NCBI GenBank assembly: GCA_053919585.1
Contig: CM132788.1
Reading direction: 5' to 3' (one strand)
From: Euprymna scolopes
Taxonomy: Eukaryota
Length of the DNA: 64,000 bases
Shown: positions 1-11,580 of the stretch, piece after piece
Numbering within the stretch: position 1 is the first letter of the stretch
Layout of the letters: every line of letters starts with the position of its first letter
Made by a program: the position numbers and the translations under genes
The notes under the pieces: generated by a model
What the model saw: only the letters and a program-made list of their open reading frames with translations
Database searches by the model: none
Told to the model about the DNA's origin: nothing

Positions 1-120
1 ATTAAAACATTTTATAGCCGACCATTTTTTTCTTACTAGCTAAATTAACCAACTAATATCTGACATAATGTTTCCAGTTTTTGTTAAATAAAAAAATGCA
101 TATTTGTATTTATTTGCGTG

Positions 121-121
<1 letters not shown>

Positions 122-194
<73 letters not shown>
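122..194. repeat. (TA)n microsatellite; one of many (others near 8622-8685, 10473-10557, 13878-13935, 14504-14576, 16387-16552, 24244-24298, 29761-29821, 30828-30884, 46508-46567, 60103-60154)
   Basis: Direct dinucleotide run. Confidence 0.98.
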
Positions 195-571
195 GTATTT
201 GGATAGTATTATATTTGCATGTATATGCATTTGCATAAGATTATATTTGTATATATATATTTAAAAAGTGTTTATTTTTATATGTATTAAAAAAAAAAAC
301 TTAATGTGATTTTTAAAAAATGGCTTTTTTGGAACACATTATATCACTGTATTGATACTTCGTTTTTGACCAATGGGAATGAAGACCAAATTCCCTCCCC
401 AAAAAATAACCCCCTCCCCAAAAAAGAAAAAAACATGTTATCTTATTTGTTCATTTATTTGTCTATTTTTATTTTCATTTTTTTCCGTTACTCAAGTCAA
501 ACCAAATTGAATCCAAAAGGACTTTTCCATTATATCAAAAACGGGGTTGTAAAAATGTGCTTGACTTCTAA

Positions 572-871
572 TGGCATAGTAATGTTATTGGTGCCACATC
601 ACCAATATTTGGCACAAGACCGAGAAAATGGGGATCAAAAGCAAGCTCCCCTAAAGGAGGGACACTCCTGAAATTACAAAAATTGCCTGAGTAGCCCTGA
701 AGCGACAAGCAAAAAACTTACCCTATCCGAAAGCCGGGTGGTAAGGCATGGGAGGGTGGACCACGTGGGTGATATCCAGTCGGTGTACCTTAGTCTGATA
801 GGTGCTCCCCTGTCTCTCAGCAGCTGAAACCGCTAGGAGACACATCTCATCACGAGTAATGGAGTATGCCA
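572..871 (+). other. GC-rich structured island, probably the 5' UTR of a non-LTR retroelement
   Basis: Closing helix TGGCATA(572-578)/TATGCCA(865-871) and internal stems GTGCCA/TGGCAC, GGGGA/TCCCC, AGGAG/CTCCT, CTTACC/GGTAAG, GGGAG/CTCCC, TGTCTC/GAGACA. Confidence 0.35.
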
Positions 872-1099
872 CCAATGATTTCGACGATCGTTTTATAACC
901 ATAATTATAATTACCAACCAATCAGAAGCTTCCAAAGTTACTATAAATATTGTCGAATTTTGCATACAATCAGTTTGCGGGCATCTCTCACGAACTGCAT
1001 TTGATTCTTCGCCGCCATCTTTGTAACTAGGAATTACTTTACACTCAAGACTGGAACTGCACTGATTCTTCACCGCCATCTTTGTTCAACATAATATCT

Positions 1100-3590
1100 C
1101 AATACTTCAGATCAGGGGCTACGGTTAGAATGTAATTGAGAGACCATCAATGAAGATTAAGAACAAAGCTATGTTCAAGATAAATTTGTGAAGAAGATCA
1201 ACGTGTACACATGTAGTTTCGGAGTTCTTGTATAAAACTCATGGTGAGCAAAGATTCGAAGATTGAGAAACAATTTGTTCATATTCTATAATAGAGAATT
1301 TGGTAGAATGTGTCTTTAAGCAAACCATTGTTAAAGGCATTTTATATTACATTAGTAAGGAAACCATCCTCGTCAGATTCATTAATCCCATTTGAAATTA
1401 CCCCATGTACATAAGCTGTTAATCACTATGAGCGGAGATGATACTTCTTGTCTCTCAAAATGTAGTTATTGTGGTTGAAAATGAATCTGTTTAGCACAGA
1501 TTCAAACAACGAGGTTCAGAATGTTAATTGTTTAATATTGAAGAACAGCAAATCGATCCTATGTATTTATTAGGCTGAGCAAACGAATGGAACGTTTTGA
1601 AGGAATTCTATTTTAGGCAATGATTGGAGAACTTTGGAAATAATAGTTACAAAATTCGGTTGCAGCTATTTGCGTATTATGAGTGGAATATTCTCAAGAC
1701 GATATGGTTTGTTTACGTTAGTTTTTTTTTTAAATAAATGTGGCAACATCAAGAACATATGTGGATGCTGCTCAGAATATATTCGGTTTTTGAAGAATTG
1801 TTTAAAGATAACCCATATCACATAGGATTGAATTTTGTGCCAAGTTCTAAGAAAAGTGTTAGGCTTTGTAAGATGATGTCGAAATCACGTCAAGTCCTTT
1901 GATGATGGTCGAGATAGAGGGTCCACATTTGTTCCGAATCTTCTTTGTTATTTGTTAAAGCTAATGCCGGCAATACTAAATTGACTGAGAATATGACGCT
2001 TCCCGGTTATGTATTATTATTTTACAGTGATTGCTGGCAGTTCTAGAAGCGACCAGTTTCAAAACATCTATTACGTTTAAAACAATTGTTTTTTCACAGG
2101 CATCAGCACATTATCAAGATCAAGAGGTCAGTCGAGGATAAGGGTCAAAGAGTGGACAATATAGTAATCAATTCGGTAAATCTGTAAACTTATATGGAAC
2201 GGCTCATCAAGAATTTGTTTACGTTAGACTTGTGACATAGCGGAAAGACGTTCACTAGCATACTAAAGCTGATGGGTCAATGTTGGATATGAAAATATAT
2301 AGGCCGACGTTTAACGAATCAGTTTTATCAGGTACTATAATCGTATTTGTGATATAAATATTCGAAATCTGCAAATGACAGTCAGTCTAAATTTACCGTC
2401 TGATTGTGAGGAATATTTAAGAGTGTATTACTCCTGATTTTAATCTTTGTTATTTACAAGCTGGTAATTAGAAAGTATTAGCGGAGAGGAAACTGAGGAT
2501 GGGCATAGTTAAACACATGTAAGAAAAATTCTAGAAGCCGTGCAAATTGTCCGTTTGCACCGGATACCAGAGTGGTTTTTATAGCTATTTGTGTTAGGTC
2601 ATAATAAAATAAAAAAAATTATCACAAAACCCTCCTTCGTCATCTGCTATTTTTGATAAAACAAGTGGTGCAAAGTTGTGGACATGGAAGTCTCCACACA
2701 TTTAAAATATTGATTGAGAGATGATTAATTTGCTTAAAAATACTCTCAAAAATACCTACCCAAAAATGCAGGTACGGTACAGGGCAAATATAAATCGTGT
2801 GTTTTGATATGTGAAAAACATGTGCGGAAGGTCTCAAGAATTGTATATCGGTGTCTTATTCGGACCTACGTCCGGCAAAAAATGACTTCGTCTGAGGGCT
2901 ATAAAAAGCCGATATCACAGTCATCCAGCGATTAACTGCCAAGGTTGATTTGGTAACAATTTATTTCGAGTCGTTTCAACGGAGTCTCTCGGAATAATAT
3001 CGTGCCATTTCGACGGAACTGTTCAGGTTCGACAAGGCGGGGTGTTCGAGATAGTGTCGGGTCGTTTCGACGGAATGTTGCGGATTGGACTCGCGTTCGA
3101 ATCAAGGAAGTTGTTCAGGGTCGTGTTGTTCTGGAGCATGTGGATGGAATTGTTCAAGACTACGTATAGGGCATCGATGGGTAATCGTTTATTATTCAGT
3201 GTAATTGACGATGGGCGCAATCGTACTGCCGCGTGTAATATCATTTTTTGTTTCTCTTCATTAGTGAAGAATCAATAAATGCTACTCAAAAGCACATATA
3301 AAGATGTTTTAGATGTTCTCATAAAATGTTGATACAAAATCAACAGCTTCCGAGTCCATGACCATCTTCAAGGTCGGGATTGGATGTGAAGTTAGAATAT
3401 CCTTTGATGGAGAATCAGCAAAGGAAGTAGTTTAGTCCATGCTAGTTTTAAACAATAATAACAGGTCAGGATTGTTGGTCCGTAATTAAATTATACCTCT
3501 GGAGTTTTTAAACGTAGACTTGTTGTTAGAGAAGAAGATCTTGTAGTCGGTGTTTACATTGGAAGTTGGGAGTATGGATTTGCTTTTGCT
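1100..3590 (-). mobile_element. Highly decayed Penelope-like retroelement remnant
   Basis: Minus-strand fragments resemble PLE motifs: IIVPDK (~2320), FIFNHNNYILRDKKY (~1445-1490), YMG (~1405), D-D-G-F-like RT motif (~1365), and FSII..IFESLL GIY-YIG tail (~1250-1300). A decayed hammerhead-like TTGAAGATGGTC..GACTCGGAA lies at ~3345-3372. Confidence 0.4.
2087..2240 (-). mobile_element. 3' tail fragment of the CR1/L2-group LINE
   Basis: Similar to 4340-4510 (CACATTATCAAG...GGATAAGGG...TATATGGAACGGCTCAT) and ends in poly(A) on the minus strand. Confidence 0.8.
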
Positions 3591-3739
3591 TGTAATTATT
3601 ATATATATGTTGGTAGGTTTATAGTATATGTCAGTTGAGTTCTTTTATAGCAAGGCTGAAAGGGAAGCGAAAAACAAATAAGTACGAAGAAGTATCCAAG
3701 TTTTAGGATTCTATTTACAAATAAGAAACACACACACAC

Positions 3740-3773
<34 letters not shown>

Positions 3774-3776
3774 GTA

Positions 3777-3808
<32 letters not shown>

Positions 3809-4493
3809 AGTAAAACAAATAATAAGTATACTCTTAAATACATAATAGAAGTGGGTCAACGCAAAAAGTAAAATAAAGGAATACTGAACGAAGAATGCCT
3901 CATAGGGAAGACAGTGATCTTACTGTTATTTTGCAATACAAGAAGTATCTTAAGTATTTTATGCATAAGTTTTTTTTTTCGGAAACTGAGAGAAGCTACT
4001 AAAAGCTAATTACTGGTTCATATCAGTGAATATATCAGAAAATATATCACCATCCCGCAAAAAATCAAAATTGGATTTCGCCAGATTCGAAGCAAGGACA
4101 GCTGTCTACAAAATACTCACTAATACCATACTCCCCGCATATTTAACCCTTTTAAATCTACCGTGACTCAAAAATAAAGTTGTTTTTAAGTGTTTCCTCT
4201 GATTATTTAGTCCTGAATTCTAAAGTCATAACGTCATTGGAGGCACGACGTCGTATGTTCTAATGAGTCACATTAAACAATGGACGAGAGTTTGATTGCT
4301 CTATGTAGAGTGATATTAATATATTTTTTTCTTTTTTTTTTTACAAAGGCATCACCACATTATCAAGGCCCAGACGCCACTCAAGGATAAGGGTTAAAGA
4401 GTGTACGGTAGAAATTGGTCAATATAGTAATCATTAGTAATGAAAATTTGGTAAATTTAATAACTTATATGGAACGGCTCATTAAGAACTTAT

Positions 4494-6506
4494 TTACTTT
4501 AGACTTGAACACAACCATATTGTAGTCAGCCGGAAAGCAGGAAAACGGAAGACAATTCCACAGGCATGCAGTTCTAAGAAAGAAGCTTTGTTCATGGAAT
4601 CTACGTTTAGGTTTAGGCACAGATAAAGAGTGGGGAAATTATTGATAGTGTTTACAGCTAGACGAGTGTTTCTTGTGAAAGTTTGGCGAGTGGGGACCAT
4701 AGATTGAAGCTCAGTTGAACACTTTCCATGAAAATAACGATACATCAGAGACAAACTCGCAACATCTCTTCTGTGAGATAGAGGTTGCAAGGAGGAGAAA
4801 AGGACATCTCCTACGAGGCTACGAAGTCTATTTTGAACTCTATCAAGGCAGGACAAGTCCTTTCTAGCAGCTCCTGCCCAGATGTGGCAACAGTATTCCA
4901 TCCTTGGATGTACCTGGCTCTTATATAGATAGAGAATAGCATCAGCAGTGAGATATCTACTGGATCGATAGAAAGATCCCACCATTTTTCCAGCGGCTTT
5001 GGCAACAGATTTGATATATGTGTTCCATTTAAGATCAGGAGTAATGGTCAAGCCCAGAAGCTTGTCAAAACTTGAGGCCTCCTGAAGACGAGAGCCATTC
5101 ATTTCAATTGATGGCAAATGTGGATCAGAATGTTGATGATGTAAAGAGAGAAGCTTGGTTTTAGATGGATTAAAAGTAACCAGCCACTCCTTTCCCCATT
5201 GTACTACGTGCTCAAGATCAGAAGAGAGAGAATTGGAGAGAACTTGGTCGTTTACTGTCTTAGATGTGGTACCATAAATGGTAGTGTCGTCAGCATAAAT
5301 GTCTACAAATGATGTAAGGATATGATTTGGAAGATCATTAATGTAGATCAGGAAAAGAGTTGGGCCCAGGATGGATCCCTGAGGGACACCGGCATTAATA
5401 CTGTGAGCTTCTGATTTTTGCCCCTCAACTACTACTCTTATGAACCTATCAGAAAGAAATGATTTAATAATTGAGAAGACTTTTCCAGCATTACCATAGC
5501 TAGCGATCTTATGAAGTAAACCTTTATGCCATACCCTATCAAAGGCTTTAGATATGTCAAGAGCAATTGCCCTAGAAAGATTGCCACCGTCGAGAGATTT
5601 GCTAATCCTATGCGATATAACTGTAAGGACATCTGCTGTATATCTTGCAGAACGGAAACCATATTGAGTGTCACTAAGAAGGTTATTTTTGTTGAGATGT
5701 TTGATTACTTCTGTATTTAACACAGATTCTAGAAACTTACTCATGACGCACAGGAGACTTATTGGCCTGTACTGAGAGGGGGATGAGCGATCACCTGAAT
5801 TCTTAAATACAGGGCATACTGATGAGATTTTCCAGGGCGATGGGAAACTAGACTCCTTAAGACAACGTTTAAAATGTTTTGTAAGTATGGGCGCTAGTTC
5901 AGGTTGAAGTTTTTTGAGTACTATAATTGGAATACCATCAGGACCAGTTGCTTTACTCGAATCAAGGTTTTTGATTAGCTTGGCAACATCACGTACAGAT
6001 ATACGTATATCACATAGCGTGTATTCTGATACAGGAGGAAATATTGGGGGTTGGCGGTCTTGGTCGCAAAGGGTAGAATTAGCTGCAAAGTTCTTGACAA
6101 AGAGTTTGGCTTTGTCTGATGCTGACGAGATTACCTCAGGTCCATTGATAATAGTTGGAATGGAGCACACGCTTCTGTTCAGGATTCTGTTTGCTATTTG
6201 CCAAAACTGGTGGGAACCAAGCCGCTGTTCAGCTACTTTCGACTTAACAGATTGAGCATACAACTCTCTTGCGTTCCTTATTACTTTCTTACAATGGTTG
6301 CTGGCAGTCCTGAAAACGGCTTTAGTTTCCATACATCTGTTACGTTTGAAGCAGTGGAAAAAGTGATTTCTGTGTGCAATGGCAGCAGCACATTCTGGAG
6401 AGAACCATGACTGGCTGTTAGGTTTTTGCTGAAACTTTTTAGAGGGTATGAAATAGTCAATACCTACAATTAACCATTCAGTTAGGTCTAATACTGTAGA
6501 GGACAC
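4494..6506 (-). pseudogene. LINE reverse transcriptase region
   Basis: 670-aa ORF with a complete set of non-LTR RT motifs including YADD. It is frameshifted relative to the upstream APE and near its own C-terminus. Confidence 0.92.
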
Positions 6507-7381
6507 ATACTTTTTTTAAACATGGAATGCAGAGGTAGATCAGATATAAATGTACGGAAGCTATCCCAGTCAGCCTTAGTGTATCGATATACAGTACGAT
6601 GAAGAGGTACGTCTGGGGACTTATTACATTTCATTTTTATCTTAATTGATACAACAGAGTGGTCGGAAGATCCAAGAGGCGACAGAACAGAAACTGAACA
6701 TAGTTCAGGGCAAGTTGTGAGAAAAAGGTCTAGTAGGCTCGCATACTGACCGTCATTATCGGGCACACGGGTAGGTTCCTGAACAATCTGAGTGAGGTCA
6801 TAGGCAATGGAGAAATCATGACAGAACCTCCCCTCATCATCAGTCTTGTTTGAGTGGGTCAACCATTCGACGTTGTGAAAATTGAAGTCTCCACATACGT
6901 GAATGTTAGCTGAAGGATAAGTAGAATGGACTTGGTCAATTTTCTCAGATATGCTTTGAAAGATAGTAACTCCGCTGTTGTGGGGGCGATAGAGAGTAAA
7001 TATAAATGCAGTAGTGTGAGCTAAAGCAACCCGGAAGCACATATAGGGTAAGTTAGGATCTTCCCTGGAGATGTCCCTCCCACATGGAAAGCTATCTTTA
7101 ATATAGGCACATATTCCATGCCCATGGCGATCTTGGAGGTCAGATTAAGAAGTTAAGTTAGAGTATCCTGTAATTGCAAACTCATCTAGGGAAATAGCCT
7201 GTCCAATGCCAGTTTCACTTAAAAATAAAAGGTCTGGTTTAGTCTCCTGTAATTGGGTTTCAACCTCTGGAAGGTTAGAACGAAGACCCGTGATGTTGGA
7301 GAAGGAGACATGGTAGTAGGGGTCTACGTTGGAAGTTGGAGAACCGGGTTTAATCGTGTATTTTTTCTTGAAACTTGTCAT
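6488..7381 (-). pseudogene. LINE apurinic-type endonuclease domain in two frames
   Basis: ORF 7145-7510 carries HVSFSNITGLRSN and LFLSETG; ORF 6488-7042 carries LYRP, GDFN, LDLFL and GSSDH. Confidence 0.88.
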
Positions 7382-8619
7382 GATGAAATTTTGGAATTTG
7401 TGGACTAGGTCGGCAGATTTACTTAGAGCAGGACAGAGAGGGGAAACTAAGAGAGAAAAAGAAACGAAGATTTTTTTTTTGTAGCACATGATAAGGTAAA
7501 GCCGTAACAATTACCCACTAGTATGGCATCGAGAGGCCCCACCAGAAGCTACTGCATGGTCCAGATTCCATTCACCAAATGGCAATACAGCAGCCCCAGT
7601 ACTTTGCACCTGCTGATAGGACAGCCTCCTTAGTGGTTAATCCAAGGTTCGGGTCCCTGACTATCAGGCGGATAACGTCAGCCCAGACAAAACGTTTACC
7701 TCCAGCACCCTTACTAGTGACATGGCTACAAGGATAGACATAGAAACAGAAAATTTCCACCAACTCTGCCAACTGTTCGCGCAATAATACTGCCAACCTA
7801 GAAAACAGCTTTTTCTTCTCCCTTTGTCAGAAAAATCACTCATTTTGTGCTAATTACGTTAGTGTACGACTATGTAAAGTATGTCAGGAGCATATTTTTC
7901 TTTACTAATCCGTATAAAAAGTTTATTTTTTAGACCGCGAAATCTAAATAAAAACACATTACATATAAATAGTATAACTATACAGATATGTTGTTCTTCG
8001 TAAAAGCAATAGTTTACATTTATAATTCTAATACAAATTGAAGGCTTTTATGATGTAATGTAGTTGTCCGATATTCACAAACACTACGTATTACAAATGG
8101 CTAGATTTCGGCAATAATTTGTCAAATGCTCTCCTTCAAGAGGTTAATTGTGTCTGTTTATCAACATATATATCGGATATTTAATATTCCTGGAGGAAAT
8201 AATCAAATAGGGTACAAATAACACAAACACGGTTAGCTGATTAAAAGTAAATTTTCTTAAATTATTGGTTTACTGAATGTTTAAAAATTATTTTCAAAAT
8301 ATATTTGATCAATTTGCGAACGCTGTCCGTGTTACAGTTATATAAAGATTAATTGCTAAATAAAGCTTAACTCCAAAAGTTTACTTAATATTAATGTCCC
8401 AAGTAAGCCGCCTGTAAATAACATAATATATATATATATATATATATATATACATGTGTGTGTGTGTGTGGGTGTGTGGGTGTGTATGTGTGTAGGGGGT
8501 GTGGGGTGTACGTGTGTGGGTGTGTGAGTGTCTTGTGTGTGTGTTATTTCAGAGGCAGCTTACTTGAGACATACATTTTTTTAATTACAAGGTTAGCAAT
8601 AATTTAATAGTAATATATA

Positions 8620-8685
<66 letters not shown>

Positions 8686-8688
<3 letters not shown>

Positions 8689-9771
8689 ACGACGTATCCT
8701 AGTCCTACTGGGGACGGTAGAGATGGGTGACGTAACGAAATATATAAAAAAATAAAGTTTCCCAGGTTCCTTGATAATGCGTTGTTATGGGAATGGGACA
8801 ACCGTCCCGAAGACAACAATAAAACCAAATGTACTGGACAACGAAATCACATAAGAAATAACGAGGACAAATATCATCGAAAAATTAACAAACTTTTATT
8901 TATATAAAAAAATAAAATAAAATTCAAGAAAATAAAATTAAATATGCCTAACGAAATGAAAGGATTTAATGATTCAAATTCTACTGAGAGAAAATATATA
9001 TTAACAGGCAATGTTCACATAAAACAAGAAATTATCTGCTCAATTAGATACAGGTTATAGGGTAAGAGAGAGATGTTGGAGAAATGAAAGTTTTGATTGA
9101 AAAACTCACTTTGTGTCCTCTTAAATGTGACCTTTCTTTCGTCTCCTTTTTATATATATTTCTTTCCTGTAAAATGTTTATGTTTGATTACGCTCACGAA
9201 GGTTAATTTTCATATTTTTGTCCTTCGGATGATTTATGTTTCATTACGCGCGTGCGTATTAATTGCTCCAAATATTCGTTTCCGAAGCTCATCGAAGTCC
9301 TTGATTTATAGTAAAAGTTCGACTGCTCCATGATTCCTTCCTTCGCTGGGTTCATTCTTTTATTCGGTCAATATTCTATTTCTCCCGCTGGTACTCGGCT
9401 GGTGCTGTTGATATTTACCTCCGCGACGCCGCTACCACGTCGTCGCCGGCTTCGCCAACCGACCTTCGCTGACTTACGTCTTATCTCTTTGAAGCACGAA
9501 GCTCCACTGCGTGTTGACAACTGTTTTCAGACCCCTCTCTCTATATGCCATCTATCTCTGTCTTTCTCTTCACATTTCTCTCTATATATACGGTTTACTT
9601 CTCTTTATCTTTCTTTTCTCTTTCTTTTTACACTCTTCGTTCACAGTATCTCTGTCTCTCCCTACTCCTCCTGTTCGCAGACCTCCTCCTCCCCTTTTTC
9701 TTCTGTGTTGTTTTAGAAAATGTGACCGAGCAGACGTGAATTGAATCCTTTTTGGCGCGAAAAATGATACA
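8686..9771. mobile_element. Possible solo LTR
   Basis: ~1.09 kb segment bounded by TGT...ACA next to a TA run, with non-coding LTR-like composition. No TSD or internal domain seen. Confidence 0.25.
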
Positions 9772-9850
9772 GTGAATAAAATATACTGAAAATATATCTC
9801 CTATCGGCTAAATATCAAATAATGTATTATACATTTTCATAAATGTATCA

Positions 9851-10268
9851 TATTGCGATTCCGGCGTTGCCAGAGTATTTGGAGATGTGTGTTGAGCAAA
9901 AAAAGAAATGATCAATTTTTTATATTTGACCCCTATTAGGACCCCCTAAAATTTATTGTTTTGTGATCAAATTAATGTATTAAGTTATATCACTGTCCAA
10001 TGAATCTATATCTAACATTTAAGGTGTTTAGACCGAAAATTGTCGGAGGAGTTTTGTAGAGTTCTCAAAGGTCTAATGGTTGAACTTTAACCCCTTAACA
10101 ACCAAATTTTTGACCGACAACGGATAACAAAGACTTTCCCAAATCTCTGTACCCTGTATATCAAATGTCGAGTCTGTAGACTTACAATTGACAGAGTTAT
10201 TGCGTAGAGAAATGTACACACACAGACACATAGACAGACATTTTCACTTTTATATATATATATATAGA
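9851..10268 (-). mobile_element. Non-autonomous Helitron (family A)
   Basis: Minus strand starts TCTATATATA..AAAAGTGAAAATGTCTGTC and has a decayed GGCAACGCCGG hairpin at its 3' end; colinear with 29822-30251. Confidence 0.75.
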
Positions 10269-10286
10269 TAGATAGATTTATAAAGA

Positions 10287-10470
10287 TCTATATATCTATA
10301 ACAGTTAAAATGGCTGTGTGTATGTGTGTATGTCTGTGTATCTGTGTGTATGTGTGTATGTGTACATTTTCCATCGCAATAACTTTAATGTTAATTTTCA
10401 GTCTACATACTCGACATTTGATATATAGGGTAATGAGGTTTGGGAAAATCTATGTGATCGGATGTCGGCC
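10287..10470 (+). mobile_element. 5' part of Helitron family A, head-to-head with the previous copy
   Basis: TCTATATATCTATAACAG start, then (GT)-rich tract and ACTCGACATTTGATATA..GGGTA..TTTGGGAAA, matching the reverse complement of 10130-10260. Confidence 0.7.
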
Positions 10471-10471
10471 A

Positions 10472-10550
<79 letters not shown>

Positions 10551-10873
10551 TATATATTTAAAAAGATTTTTAGTAGTATCAAAATGTTAATAAATTTTTA
10601 AAAAGGGTAGGTTGAGTCATTATCATAATTTTGAGGAAGATCGATGGGGGGGTATAAATAGACAGGAAAATAGTCAAAGGACTATTCGACTATAATAAAA
10701 ACAAAAAGAACCTCGAGGTACCGTTTGCTCCACGGTTGTCAAGAGATTACGTCGTTGTCATTAAAATAAAACAATTTACACAAAATTGAAAATGGAGGAG
10801 AAGGGATGTCTGAAACTAAAAAACAAAATTTCTACATCGGGTGAATTAAATGAATGAATAACCGTGATATATC

Positions 10874-11040
10874 TTTTTTTTTTACATGGGTGTCACCACT
10901 TATCAAGGCCCAGAGGCCACTCGAGCATAAGGGTTATAGGTATACATTAATCATTGTTATTTTAGCATAGTAAACAGTGGGAATTTTGTAACTTGGATTA
11001 CTTAGGGGGACGATTAAATTAGAACTTGTTCACATTGGAC
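10874..11040 (-). mobile_element. 3' tail of a related CR1/L2 subfamily
   Basis: CACTTATCAAGGCCCAGAGGCCACTCGAGCATAAGGGTT matches the LINE 3' motif; poly(A) present. Confidence 0.65.
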
Positions 11041-11580
11041 TTTTTCTTTTATTTTCATAGGTATCAACACATTATCAAGGCCAAGAGGCCACTCAAGGAT
11101 TAGGGTTAAAGAGTGTACAGTAGAAATTGGACAATATAATAATAATTAGTAATGAAAATTTGGTAAATTTGATAACTTATATGGAACGGCTCATCAAGAA
11201 CTTATTTACGTTAGACTTGAAGACAACCATATTGTAGTCAGCCGGAAAACAAGAAAACGGAAGACAATTCCACAGGCGTGCAGTTCTAATAAAAAAGCTT
11301 TGTTCATGGAATCTACGTTTAGGTTAAGGCACAGATAAAGAGTGGGGGGAATTATTGATAGTGTTTACAGCTAGACGAGTGTTTCTTGTGAAAGTTTGGC
11401 GAGGGGGACCATAGATTGAAGCTCATTCGAACACTTTCCATGAAAATAACGATACATCAGAGACAAACTCGCAACATCTCTTCTGTGAGATAGAGGTTGC
11501 AAGGAAGAGAAAAGGACATCTCCTACGAGGCTACGAAGTCTATTTTGAACTCTATCAAGGCTGGACAAGTCCTTTCTAGC
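11041..11580 (-). mobile_element. 5'-truncated copy of the CR1/L2 LINE
   Basis: Near-identical to 4340-4868; encodes LDRVQNRLRSLVG..RRDVASLSLMYRYFHG. Confidence 0.93.

Larger units (their letters stand above)
4324..7750 (-). mobile_element. Near full-length CR1/L2-group LINE (APE + RT), frameshifted
   Basis: APE motifs (SNITGL, LSETG, GDFN, LDL, SDH); RT motifs (GPDGI, YRPISLL, QYGFR, DISKAFD, GVPQGSILGP, YADD); C-terminal RRDVASL; 3' UTR with poly(A) at ~4324-4342. Confidence 0.93.

Noticed and set aside
4070-4140. tRNA-like fragment on the minus strand (also a B-box at ~58770-58785)
   Set aside because: Only isolated box-like motifs; no cloverleaf or SINE body supported.
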